A stretch of DNA of 64,000 nucleotides. Source: a virus (Duplodnaviria > Caudoviricetes). The stretch lies in the IMG/VR virus record IMGVR_UViG_3300037467_003067, positions 64,001-128,000 of that record; one strand, given 5' to 3'. Position numbers and translations under genes: made by a program. The notes beneath the pieces are model-generated. The model was not told the origin of the DNA and searched no databases. It saw only the letters and a program-made list of their open reading frames with translations. Numbering within the stretch: the stretch's first letter is position 1; the number at the start of each line of letters is the position of its first letter. Positions 39,581 through 48,838 of this stretch are shown piece after piece.

Positions 39581-40555
39581 ATGGATGAGAAATTATTAAG
39601 TATTAAAGAAGCAGCTAAGTTGTTGAATGTGTGCGAGAACACGCTAAGGGATTGGGACATTGAAGGCAAGTTGCCTGCGGCTCGGTCCAAAGGTGGTCAT
39701 CGTCGTTATAGTCTGGATCAGGTCCGTGGATATCTTGATAAAAACCCGCCCAAAGAAGAACCTATGACCAAATCGATCTCAGAGACCAAACATCTGGATC
39801 AGATGATCGAAGTTTGGGAAAAATCTGGGATGTTGTCTGATCTGGATAAGGAAGAAAAAGGAGTTATGGCAGTTCTTCTTGAAAACGCAAAGCTTGCCAG
39901 TGGACTCAATACCAATCCGTTGCTTTCGACAAGTCAATTAGTCTGGTTGACACGGGAAAGTTGGATGCGATGTCGATTTCGCAAGATGGTATCAGTCCAA
40001 CCACTCTTGGGACCGTGTGGGCTTGTATTTTTTTATAATAATACTCATAAATCTGCTCCTGGTCACATAGACTCAGATGCGGTAGCCTCTAAAACCTTGA
40101 AATATGATTTTAAATTATTTACCAAGGCAAAATTTGAATCTATCAAGGAAGTCTATGCTGATACCTTAGCCATGGGATTGGAAATACATATTTTCGAACA
40201 TCTTCCCAAACTCAGTTACGGTAAAATTCAGGATGTCCTAGCAATCAATACTTTTGCTGTTAAGTTTTCCGAGATTTATGACTACATCATAGCCCCCGAG
40301 CATTTAATTGAAGATATGGAAAAGTGTCCAGCATTTGAAGGTCTAGATTTATATGGGATTAACTTGTGCCTTGATCCTGAAACTTTCGAGCCACGGGCGG
40401 CTGCAGGGCGATATCCCAAGAATACATTAACGCTTCCTATTTTCGCTCCCTTTATCACAGTCTTCGACACGGGGTGTTGTCATGTGAATGGCACCATGCC
40501 GGTCTTAATGAGAGCGGGATGGCTAGACCAAAAGAAAGAAGATAATCCGAAGTGA
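39581..40555 (+). CDS. MerR-type HTH fused to a degenerate gp23-like capsid domain
   Basis: LSIKEAAKLLNV..NTLRDW..EGKL....GGHRRY, then AVLLEN, VSVQPLLGPCGLV and LDPETFEPR matching the capsid gene. Confidence 0.8.
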   Translation: MDEKLLSIKEAAKLLNVCENTLRDWDIEGKLPAARSKGGHRRYSLDQVRGYLDKNPPKEEPMTKSISETKHLDQMIEVWEKSGMLSDLDKEEKGVMAVLLENAKLASGLNTNPLLSTSQLVWLTRESWMRCRFRKMVSVQPLLGPCGLVFFYNNTHKSAPGHIDSDAVASKTLKYDFKLFTKAKFESIKEVYADTLAMGLEIHIFEHLPKLSYGKIQDVLAINTFAVKFSEIYDYIIAPEHLIEDMEKCPAFEGLDLYGINLCLDPETFEPRAAAGRYPKNTLTLPIFAPFITVFDTGCCHVNGTMPVLMRAGWLDQKKEDNPK

Positions 40556-40572
40556 ATCTTAGTTCAATTTCT

Positions 40573-40611
40573 AAGCCCCTGTTGATGTTCTTTTAATAGC
40601 AACAGGGGCTT
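40573..40611. terminator. bidirectional terminator
   Basis: aagcccctgttg / caacaggggctt. Confidence 0.7.
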
Positions 40612-40616
40612 GTGTA

Positions 40617-42191
40617 TTAGTGGATCTCTGATCCAAGGAATCTCTGGATTGGGAATCCAACAGTCCCTTGGGAATCGTCGCAATTGAGTGCGACCATTCT
40701 TTGGGTCTCGGCAACGCCACCCCAGAAATTGTCGTGAGTCGCCTCCATCTCATTCGCACATCCGACCGCATAATTTAAGGCAATTACAGCCTGTTGTGCG
40801 ATCGTGACCTCATTGCTCCCGCTGACGAGTGAATGGACGCAATTGGTGAAGTAGTTGCCCGTGACGATACAGCTTCCGGTCGGCTTCAGGTCCATCCCGC
40901 AATTACACTGGTGGACGGAATTGTTGGTGATCGTTCCCGACATGGTCCTGAAGGCACTGGTGGTGCCTGGAATGAACGAATTCATGCCGAAGCAGTAATT
41001 GCCTGAGACAACCGCTGGACCGCCATTGGTGATGCCAACGGCATTATTCGTACCGCCAGTGTAGACACCATTGGAAACGGTTCCAGCCCCTTCAAAATGA
41101 TTACCGGATACAACGACACGAGCCACGGAAAAGGCATCGATGCCATGCCACATATTCGACAAGGAGAAGTTGTTGCCGGTGATGGTGATTGCCCCAGGAG
41201 TCACTGCCCCCGAGCCGGGACCAACATAAATCATTGCTGTACTCTGTCGCGGTCCTTCCTCGATATCGTCTTGGTGGAAATTGTTGCCGGTAATCGCGAC
41301 GAACGTTGTTCCAGATATGATCTGGATAACTGACTCGTCGAGCTTGGCGCAATTGGTCATGATGTTGTTCGTGATCGATATATGCGAGGTTCGATCTTCA
41401 AGGTGGATGGTGTTGTAAGGATAATCGGAAATGATATTGTCGGAGATCAAGGAATTCTGGACGTTGGCGAAATCGATCGCAAAACCTCCGACGTTGGATG
41501 TCGAGAGTCCATTCCTGAATCGATTCCCTATAACTTGACCACCCACGAATGTGCCATTGGGCGAGTTGAAGTTCACGTCGTCGGCATAGTTGTCATGGAA
41601 CGAACAGCCTCTTACGGTAAATCCGTCGATGGAGGCTGTGCTGTTGTTCGTTATGTAAATACTGAAAGCCAGACCAGAGAATTCACATGAATCCACGACG
41701 ATATTGGAGAGGTTCGTGATGACGCCACCGTCGTTCCCATAGCGAATGCCGTGACAAAGTGCGTTGCCTGCATAGAGCGACATTTGACCGTCGAATACGA
41801 TATTCCTCAGCGTGACATTCTTACAATCATCAATGAGGATGAGATTGGAAAGGATGGCTGAATTGCGTTTGACTTGAAGGTCTTGCAAAACGATATTGTC
41901 ACAGCCGTTAAAGGTGAACAGGCTGCCATATGGAGGCGTCAATGTGTTAGGGTTGTCGTGGTCGAGGAGCAGAGAGGTCTTGCCTGGAACGCCTTGGATG
42001 CGGCAATTCGCTGGCAGAGTGAAACCGTTGCCTGCTGTCTTGACCAAATAGGTCTTGGGACCAAGTTGTAATGTGCCACCATTGGTGGATAATTGAGATA
42101 TGGCATTAGCGAAGGCTTGGGTGTCATCCGTGTTTCCATCACCAACAGCAGCGAAATCGGCATCAAGATTGTAAAATAGAGCTTCTGACAT
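40617..42191 (-). CDS. right-handed beta-helix (pectate-lyase-like) protein, possible tailspike/depolymerase
   Basis: AVGDG.TDDT.AF..AI start; many ITGNN / ISDN repeats. Confidence 0.85.
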   Translation of the reverse strand: MSEALFYNLDADFAAVGDGNTDDTQAFANAISQLSTNGGTLQLGPKTYLVKTAGNGFTLPANCRIQGVPGKTSLLLDHDNPNTLTPPYGSLFTFNGCDNIVLQDLQVKRNSAILSNLILIDDCKNVTLRNIVFDGQMSLYAGNALCHGIRYGNDGGVITNLSNIVVDSCEFSGLAFSIYITNNSTASIDGFTVRGCSFHDNYADDVNFNSPNGTFVGGQVIGNRFRNGLSTSNVGGFAIDFANVQNSLISDNIISDYPYNTIHLEDRTSHISITNNIMTNCAKLDESVIQIISGTTFVAITGNNFHQDDIEEGPRQSTAMIYVGPGSGAVTPGAITITGNNFSLSNMWHGIDAFSVARVVVSGNHFEGAGTVSNGVYTGGTNNAVGITNGGPAVVSGNYCFGMNSFIPGTTSAFRTMSGTITNNSVHQCNCGMDLKPTGSCIVTGNYFTNCVHSLVSGSNEVTIAQQAVIALNYAVGCANEMEATHDNFWGGVAETQRMVALNCDDSQGTVGFPIQRFLGSEIH

Positions 42192-42231
42192 AATACATAT
42201 CTATTAATTCCTTAACATTAAAGTATTTGAT

Positions 42232-42651
42232 ATGAAGACTTTTGAAGAATGGAAATCAGGTAAAAACGAATCCAAAGATGATCACTTCTGGGGATACCAC
42301 CTGATCATTGATATGACCGGATGCAACGATAATGTTGCCAAGAAGGACAAGATCAGGGAGTTCGTCAAGGACTTGGTCAAGAAGATCAAAATGAAGGCTG
42401 TAGGCGAGCCGGTGATTCGCTATCTGCTGCCGGGGAAGCCGAACGCTGGTTACTCCATGATGCAACTTATCGAGACTAGCGATATCACGGCACATTTCAT
42501 GACCAAAACAAGAACCGTCTATTGCGACATCTTCTCCTGCAAGGAGTATGACCCTAAGGTGGCTGAGAAGGTAGTCAAAGAATATTTCGAACCTAAGCAC
42601 ATCAAGACAAAATTTATGATTCGTGACGCTGCCAAGAAAGGTGGCGTCTAA
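42232..42651 (+). CDS. speD: S-adenosylmethionine decarboxylase-like pyruvoyl enzyme
   Basis: WGYHLIID, QLIETS.I.AHF, DIFSCK. Confidence 0.8.
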   Translation: MKTFEEWKSGKNESKDDHFWGYHLIIDMTGCNDNVAKKDKIREFVKDLVKKIKMKAVGEPVIRYLLPGKPNAGYSMMQLIETSDITAHFMTKTRTVYCDIFSCKEYDPKVAEKVVKEYFEPKHIKTKFMIRDAAKKGGV

Positions 42652-43069
42652 AGGAGATACTTTGGCAAGACCGTTGAAAGTTGACCCGTATTCTTATGAC
42701 ATGGAATTGAGATCGCTGGTCATCGCACTTCTGAAAAAGCGGAAAGGCATCGGGATCGATCTCTTCGGAGTATTACAGATTGATGACCAGGAGAATGGTC
42801 ATGTTCGGGTCCTTGATCAAAGAGACGAGGACCAGAGCATTGAGTATGGCACTGAATACACCTTCAAGGACGTGAAGGAAGGCGTGGATTTCTTCCTAGA
42901 GATCCGCCAAGAGCGGCAACTCGGATATGACTTCGACCGCCAGCGTGACCGCGAGATGGCTAAGAAGGAGATTGAGGAAGATCGCATTGCCCGAATGGAA
43001 AAGGCGCAACGGCGAATCAACCTGATCGAAGATGATGATTTGGAATTCTTAGGTGATGCGAATGCCTAG
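42623..43069 (+). CDS. hypothetical protein
   Basis: ORF follows speD; start uncertain. Confidence 0.6.
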   Translation: MTLPRKVASKGDTLARPLKVDPYSYDMELRSLVIALLKKRKGIGIDLFGVLQIDDQENGHVRVLDQRDEDQSIEYGTEYTFKDVKEGVDFFLEIRQERQLGYDFDRQRDREMAKKEIEEDRIARMEKAQRRINLIEDDDLEFLGDANA

Positions 43070-43633
43070 CTCGTGGGCATGAGCTTGGATGAGATCGAGG
43101 GGAATCCATGCCTTGATCTCATCTGATTCCTTGGTCAAGTCGGTCCAAGTGTAGGACTGGACGCCCAAGATGCGGTGGACAAGTTCGTTGAACGTGAGCC
43201 ATTCCCAATGGTCGCATTTGTGTTGCTCTTCCGGGGGCGAAGGCATGTTCTCTGCGACATTGATGCCTTCTGGATCGGCGAGCGTCCCCTTCATGAAGAG
43301 CGTGACATATGCCTTGCTCTTCCCTTCCATGTGGTCGTGGCGAAGGAAGACTTGGGGACGTCCCCGACCCATTGTGTGGATCTTGACCTTGAGTCCCTTG
43401 CCCGTCCTCGGGTCAAGGACTTCTTCTTCGGGTTCTCGACTGGCAGCAACTTCCAGGCTATCATCATCGAGATCAACGTGACCGCCTGGAAAGGCGAGGA
43501 AACCGGCACAGTGGGAACCTTTGCGGATGCCGACGAGCATTCGCCCTTGGTGGACGATAATGACGCCGACGCCGACCAAGCATCGCTCGGACTTCTTAGG
43601 AGGAAAGAAATAATCGCGAAGTGTCTTAAACAT
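43049..43633 (-). CDS. Nudix hydrolase
   Basis: VGVGV, FPGGHVD.....AASRE.EEE (Nudix box), KC..WEW. Confidence 0.85.
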   Translation of the reverse strand: MFKTLRDYFFPPKKSERCLVGVGVIIVHQGRMLVGIRKGSHCAGFLAFPGGHVDLDDDSLEVAASREPEEEVLDPRTGKGLKVKIHTMGRGRPQVFLRHDHMEGKSKAYVTLFMKGTLADPEGINVAENMPSPPEEQHKCDHWEWLTFNELVHRILGVQSYTWTDLTKESDEIKAWIPLDLIQAHAHELGIRIT

Positions 43634-43668
43634 GAGACCTTCTTGGTCTTGAAAATATATTGTCTTAG

Positions 43669-43744
43669 TAGCACCAGGGGGATTCGAACCCACCACTGTA
43701 CGGATTTTAAGTCCGTTGCCTCCTACCAATTGGGCTATGGTGCC
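43669..43744 (-). tRNA. tRNA-Leu(TAA) with short variable loop
   Basis: Acceptor GGCACCA/TGGTGCT; anticodon arm ACGGA-CTTAAAA-TCCGT; T loop TTCGAAT. Confidence 0.85.
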
Positions 43745-43758
43745 ATTGGATGTCGGTC

Positions 43759-44013
43759 TTAATTAGAAACATCATCCCACAAAAAATATAATTGTATATC
43801 TTCTCTGATCCTGAGGATGAAACGGATATAAAAGAGACCAAATCCGATGTAGCAATAGAAACTGTTGTATCTTTCTTTGCCATCAAACCGCCACCAGCCC
43901 ATAAACCGTGCGAATATCACTCCAAAGAGTACCCCATGATTCCACATGTCTTCTGTGATATCGTGTTGCCAAAACAATCGGATTCGAATTCCTAGCTTGA
44001 TGGGGCATTTCAT
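43759..44013 (-). CDS. hypothetical hydrophobic protein
   Basis: SD GAGGA; aromatic-rich. Confidence 0.5.
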   Translation of the reverse strand: MKCPIKLGIRIRLFWQHDITEDMWNHGVLFGVIFARFMGWWRFDGKERYNSFYCYIGFGLFYIRFILRIREDIQLYFLWDDVSN

Positions 44014-44021
44014 GGGCTTCC

Positions 44022-44270
44022 TCAGCATACCTCCAGGGTTGCCTCGTTTTTGTCGTCGATGACGACCGTCACGTTCTTGAACTTGAGGCTTCCTTTGGTT
44101 GCAGGATTGTTCGGGGTTTCTTTCGTAGACCAAGGGGCATTTGCTGTCACGTGATTGACGTAATAGGTTTCCCCTTTAGCTTTGATCACCCACGGAGGGA
44201 TAGAGGGATCATTGATATGCGCTTTATTGAAGTGGAAGACAGCTTCGCGACACTTTTCAATCTATGTCAT
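44022..44270 (-). pseudogene. phage-type small gene with in-frame TAG at codon 3 (absent from the ORF track)
   Basis: ATG ACA TAG then IEKCREAVFHFNK...PWSTKETP...TKGSLKFK...C-stop, 83 codons in total. Confidence 0.6.
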
Positions 44271-44312
44271 GTTTTGTTCTCTAAAAAGGAAGTTATACGA
44301 ACACAAGTTCGA

Positions 44313-44386
44313 AGGCTCCGGTAGGATTCGAACCTACGATTTCCTGGGTTGCAGCCAGGTGCCTTAGCCAGCTTGGCCACGGAGCC
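44313..44386 (-). tRNA. tRNA-Cys(GCA)
   Basis: Acceptor GGCTCCG/CGGAGCC with U73; anticodon arm CCTGG-CTGCAAC-CCAGG; canonical T arm. Confidence 0.93.
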
Positions 44387-44406
44387 GAATCACATCCGAC
44401 ACTTTA

Positions 44407-44435
44407 ATGATACCCTGATCAATCGAAGCTGTAAA
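44407..44435 (-). promoter_or_regulatory. early promoter for tRNA-Cys
   Basis: gTTTACA-N17-TATCAT. Confidence 0.7.
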
Positions 44436-44453
44436 CCTCGATCTTGAGGTTTT

Positions 44454-44993
44454 TCACTGTTTTGTTTTCCAGTAGTGATCGACCTTGGCTTGACAACTTG
44501 GACAGAATTTGCCAAACCATCCCCAATGAGCGAAGTTGCCCATGACGCAATCATATTGGATTACATCGCCTTTGCGATATTGATCCGGCAAACGATAGTA
44601 GAAGTGGCAGAGTTCGTGTGCCAGAACTTTTGCTTTCCTCTCCATCGCAGTATACTCAAACCAATCATGGTAATACACATACATTATCTCGCCACCCACA
44701 GGTCGATTAACAACGGCTACGCCTGCTGCTATCTTTGATGGGCGATCAGGGTAAATATAAATGCGTATTTTGTTGAGGTCGGTAGAATAAACCAACTCAG
44801 GTTCAGCGTCATGGCGATGCGAGACCTCCATGAACAACTTCCACCCTTCCGAGAAGGATTTGCGAAAATCCGCTTCGACTTCCTTGTCATAACGTTCCAT
44901 CAGACAATAGTATAGTGTTTCGCTATGGACCGGAGTGGTTAAGCTTAAGAGAAGTGTAAATGCTAAAAAGAATTTAGAAATATGTTTCAGCAT
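44454..44993 (-). CDS. secreted zincin-like metallopeptidase
   Basis: Signal-peptide-like N-terminus; AHELCH...LPDQY, CVM, FCPSC. Confidence 0.7.
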   Translation of the reverse strand: MLKHISKFFLAFTLLLSLTTPVHSETLYYCLMERYDKEVEADFRKSFSEGWKLFMEVSHRHDAEPELVYSTDLNKIRIYIYPDRPSKIAAGVAVVNRPVGGEIMYVYYHDWFEYTAMERKAKVLAHELCHFYYRLPDQYRKGDVIQYDCVMGNFAHWGWFGKFCPSCQAKVDHYWKTKQ

Positions 44994-45018
44994 ACATTAT
45001 CTATGATTAATCCAGTTA

Positions 45019-45046
45019 AATCCCCGTGGGTAATCCCACGGGGATT
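45019..45046. terminator. intrinsic terminator
   Basis: aatccccgtggg-taat-cccacggggatt. Confidence 0.75.
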
Positions 45047-45059
45047 CAGACACCAAATA

Positions 45060-45329
45060 TCAAATCGCGGCATTGATGCGGTTGGCGATTTCTTCCATGC
45101 CGAGATTCGCCATCTCGGCATACAGGTGATCTTGTGAGATTTGGAGAGTCGTCGCGAGTAGCGACTTCACGTGGTCCTCGTCCCAGCCGTGGTGATCACA
45201 ATCGTAATCAACCAAGTGTTTACAAGTCCCAGCGTCCAAAGGATCAGCCCCCTGAAGCGTGTCCCGAATTGTGCTGAGGATCACGTCATCGTCCTGCGAC
45301 CAATCGTCCTCGTCAAAATCCTTCATCAC
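45060..45329 (-). CDS. hypothetical acidic protein
   Basis: SD AAGGAGG. Confidence 0.65.
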   Translation of the reverse strand: MMKDFDEDDWSQDDDVILSTIRDTLQGADPLDAGTCKHLVDYDCDHHGWDEDHVKSLLATTLQISQDHLYAEMANLGMEEIANRINAAI

Positions 45330-45340
45330 ACTGCCTCCTT

Positions 45341-46180
45341 TTAGCGGATAGAATATCTCAAACTGCCGTTGATCGCTTTCGCGATTGCTCTGATGTCGCT
45401 TTGGTACAGTCCAGCATAGTTGAACGGTCCAATCTCGACGATAACGAACCCACGACCTGGGACTTCACCCACATCCATGATGTAGACCGGGTAAGGACTC
45501 CAACACGACGCCGCTTCCTCTGCGAAGCATGCTGCCCGGTCGTCGAACCCTTCCATCGGGTCGCAGAATCCATTGCTCATGTACTGACTGCCCGAGGCGA
45601 CCTTCTCGTTCACTATGATGAATCGCCATTCATAGACGATCTTCTGGGGGGCTGAAACGATGATCTCCGTCGCCTCAGGAACGTAGCGACGGAGAGTCAT
45701 GTCGTTGCTCCACGTCCTCAGGTTGGTCTTACGCACCAAAGTCCCGGTGAAGGTCTTTTCGTTGTCATTAGGTCGAATGAATACGACATCATCTTTCCCG
45801 TGCTGGGAGTAGAGGTAATCGACCAATTCAGAATTGTCCAAGGCTCCCAAGGTTGAGAAATAGGGATTCTCTGGAAGGACGAACGGCTTCAATTGCTTGT
45901 AGTAATTTTTGCAACTAAAAATCAGTGGATCGTACCAGGCAAATGGCTGAGGTAGGGACTTTTCCTGCTGCCTGATGTCCAGGAGCGTGTTGATCGAGCC
46001 GTAGTAGACGACCGGTTCCTTCCCCTTGAGGTTACTCAAGAAGGAAAGGTCGGAATCGTCGAATACAATGACCTCACAGCCGAGCTCCTGGAGCAGGTAG
46101 CTGAGACGCTGGGGGCAATTGCGGTCGTTCTGGTATTGGACGGCTTCGATGAGCCAAGTTGGAGTATTCATGATGACCAC
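45341..46180 (-). CDS. ATP-grasp domain protein (DUF4343-like)
   Basis: VFIRP...K.FTG, EWRFII, MDVG......IVE....AGLY. Confidence 0.75.
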   Translation of the reverse strand: MVIMNTPTWLIEAVQYQNDRNCPQRLSYLLQELGCEVIVFDDSDLSFLSNLKGKEPVVYYGSINTLLDIRQQEKSLPQPFAWYDPLIFSCKNYYKQLKPFVLPENPYFSTLGALDNSELVDYLYSQHGKDDVVFIRPNDNEKTFTGTLVRKTNLRTWSNDMTLRRYVPEATEIIVSAPQKIVYEWRFIIVNEKVASGSQYMSNGFCDPMEGFDDRAACFAEEAASCWSPYPVYIMDVGEVPGRGFVIVEIGPFNYAGLYQSDIRAIAKAINGSLRYSIR

Positions 46181-46206
46181 AATTTTAGCAGATTAAAACT
46201 GACGTG

Positions 46207-47862
46207 TCAACCGGAACGTGTATTGCCGTTAATGACATTGAGACAATCGTGAGCTTTTTCGAGGGTCTGTTTGACCATGTACCCAGCGGAGGTGTCATCG
46301 TCATAAGGATCATCGTATACTGATTCGTAATGAGCGATAACTTCTTCGCAGAGTTTGTACACCAACTTGCCAAATCGCTTCATCAATTTGCCGATTTCGC
46401 GGCGACGAGGGTTGTCACGTAAGACAATCGAACTCTCTGCTCCGTAAGGCTTGGGGTCGTGTGTCTTGGTGAAGTAAGAGTAGTTCGTCTTGGCGTATTG
46501 GTATCCCTCCAAGGCACGACTAACAGTCTCAATAATAGTATAAATATATTCCTTGAAGTTATATCCGGATTCTACCTTGATGTTACGATAATCCTTCATC
46601 CTGAGCCAATTATTGTCGACCAACAATTTCAATTGGTCAATATTCCAAGACAATCGATCCGTAATTGACTTGAAATCATCATTGAGTTGGTAGTTAATGA
46701 CTTCATGGTCTGGCAATTCGAACAACTGCACCTCGGCGATTCGTCTTAAGTCGCCGATTTCCTTGGTGTGGCTGATCATGTGCTGCTTTTGTGCTTCGTC
46801 CATGTTGGAAAGGTCGATGATCTCCTTTCTCTTTTGATCCGAGATCGGAGCCGACATCGCCTTCGTTAAGGCATCTTGGTTTTGGAATTCATGGTCGAAT
46901 TTTTGCTTGATCGCCTCTTTGGTTCGACTGTCCAGGTTGGGGCTATAGATCAGATCGACGGCTTTAGTGTCCAAATCGGGTTTGTAATCTCCGATGATTT
47001 CGAAGCAATTCTTAATAGGCAATGGGTCAGGACCGTCGGCGAGTAAGAGTGCGGCAACGTAAGGATGAAGTTCCGGGTTGACCTTTTGATTGGAATATCC
47101 TTTGGCTTCGCCCAGATTATGGTTGTTGATGATGTAAGTGGCTTCTACCTGGTTTTGTGGATTCTTTAGAGAGACGATACGGTCTTCCGGGCGATGTTGA
47201 CCCAGGATATTGCCGCAATGACCGCCAGCATTTCCTTCTTGGTCGCAGTATGCCTTGTCGAGGGCGATCCACTTCCAACCGTCTGGGAACTGAATCAAGA
47301 CTCGTCCTTGCGGTCCTTCGGTCCTGGAAGCATTTTTATCTTTGTTCTGTGCGGTTGTTCGGAACAAGGCGGCGTCTTGTTGTAGGTATCTGAAGCTTAC
47401 AGCAGGCGTGCCTAGACCCATGCCGGTGGGTGGGGTCGCTTTCCCGAGAGCCTTCCAGAAATTGGGGTTGTTCACGTTAGCGTGAAACACATCTTTGACT
47501 TGGTCCCATTCAGCACGGGTGATATAGACCGGCTTCGGCGCGTATTTATGAGCCCCTAGTCTCATGCTGCCCATTTGTCTTGATGGGAGATCCATGGAGG
47601 TTTCGCCCTTATAGCCGCCGATTAGAATGTGCAAGGCAAGCCAGTTGAGAAGAATGTTGAGCTTATCGCCTTTTAGACCTTGTAGCAATTCAGCATCGTT
47701 CTGGGACAATTCTCTTTGTGCCCTGGCTTTTGCTTCTTGCACGTATGGAGCACAGTTAGGGTTTTGCAGGATATCCTTGACGGTCCCATTGGCGGCACGA
47801 CCCGCATTGTACCAGAAGTAATCCTCGTCGCCTTCGAGCCAGAGTTTGAACTGCAACATCAT
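46207..47862 (-). CDS. PcfJ-like domain protein with capsid-targeting-like N-terminus
   Basis: DGWKWIALDKAYC.QEG...GHCGN, closely similar to 35363; MLQFKLWLE. Confidence 0.65.
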   Translation of the reverse strand: MMLQFKLWLEGDEDYFWYNAGRAANGTVKDILQNPNCAPYVQEAKARAQRELSQNDAELLQGLKGDKLNILLNWLALHILIGGYKGETSMDLPSRQMGSMRLGAHKYAPKPVYITRAEWDQVKDVFHANVNNPNFWKALGKATPPTGMGLGTPAVSFRYLQQDAALFRTTAQNKDKNASRTEGPQGRVLIQFPDGWKWIALDKAYCDQEGNAGGHCGNILGQHRPEDRIVSLKNPQNQVEATYIINNHNLGEAKGYSNQKVNPELHPYVAALLLADGPDPLPIKNCFEIIGDYKPDLDTKAVDLIYSPNLDSRTKEAIKQKFDHEFQNQDALTKAMSAPISDQKRKEIIDLSNMDEAQKQHMISHTKEIGDLRRIAEVQLFELPDHEVINYQLNDDFKSITDRLSWNIDQLKLLVDNNWLRMKDYRNIKVESGYNFKEYIYTIIETVSRALEGYQYAKTNYSYFTKTHDPKPYGAESSIVLRDNPRRREIGKLMKRFGKLVYKLCEEVIAHYESVYDDPYDDDTSAGYMVKQTLEKAHDCLNVINGNTRSG

Positions 47863-47904
47863 CTTTCCTATTCTTCTAAGAAAGTCTTAATATCTATTTT
47901 CTAT

Positions 47905-48259
47905 GTGAACTTATTTTTGGGGTTTTAGTCCATTAATTTCCGATCCAACCAACAGCCCACTCATTGGAGCAGGTCTTACATCAGGGCAATCGGCTACCCC
48001 TCTCATTCCGAGAGTTTTGATTCTCAAACCTTCTTTGATAATATTAACAGCAGCATTTTGGTCACTCTTTCTTTAAATTTAGCAATTCATTAGCATTATC
48101 GTAATAGTTTTGAGCTTCTTTATTGGCTTTATACGCAATGCTTCTTTGATTGAGGAAGCGATTGTAAAGATATCTCACACAGCCGAAGTGCTTGTTAAGC
48201 AATACTTGTTGCTTGTCACTCGGATTCAGCCTATATTTATAGGAATACAAATGCTTCAT
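47905..48259 (-). mobile_element. tnpB: internally deleted IS200/IS605-family TnpB remnant
   Basis: N-terminal YKYRLNP...HFGCVRYLYN joined out of frame to C-terminal DQNAAVNI; ends in agTTCAC. Confidence 0.8.
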
Positions 48260-48352
48260 TGTGTTTATATATAACGATTGAATCAGATGAATATAATCCA
48301 ATAGTTATATAGAATTAAGCGTAATTACTTCCTAATTAAATTAAGGTTCAAG

Positions 48353-48838
48353 ATGCTGTTTAAAGAGTGGCTTCTCAAAGAAGAAGAGGAAGATGATGAC
48401 ATGGGAATGGATCTCGCCGACCAGATTCAATCGGCAATCGGTTCGGTCGCAATGAATTCCTACCGCCGCACTCGTGTACCGAAGGGATATCCCAGTGAGA
48501 TCATGGGACGATATCTCAATCAGGTGCGAGGCATCCGCGACTGGATTCAGAAAACCCGATTTCCGGTGAACCTGGAGAATTTGGATTTGGCATCCCAAGC
48601 CCTAGCTGACGCGATTCTTGACTTTCGCCGAAACGGTGGTATATTCGAGCCTGCAAGTTACGTCGGCGGGGCTGACCCCCGTTCAGCCGAACATCTGTCG
48701 CAGTTCGCTCAATTCCTGAGGCAGCGAATGAATCAACCAAAAGTCTACGGCAAGCAATGGGGACAGTTTCCCGAGTATTGGGACGCCTTCATGGAAGATT
48801 TTTCGGAAGCGGCAAAAAGATGGAAGGCTGAACAATGA
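48353..48838 (+). CDS. hypothetical protein with capsid-targeting-like N-terminus
   Basis: MLFKEWLLKEE. Confidence 0.7.
   Translation: MLFKEWLLKEEEEDDDMGMDLADQIQSAIGSVAMNSYRRTRVPKGYPSEIMGRYLNQVRGIRDWIQKTRFPVNLENLDLASQALADAILDFRRNGGIFEPASYVGGADPRSAEHLSQFAQFLRQRMNQPKVYGKQWGQFPEYWDAFMEDFSEAAKRWKAEQ

Noticed and set aside
39581-39750. IS607 TnpA transposase, suggested by the MerR-like HTH
   Set aside because: No serine recombinase domain follows; the downstream region matches the capsid protein instead.
44262-44264. Genome-wide TAG reassignment
   Set aside because: Several well-packed genes end in TAG (14018, 36970, 50933, 53360, 58327) and coding density under the standard code is high.
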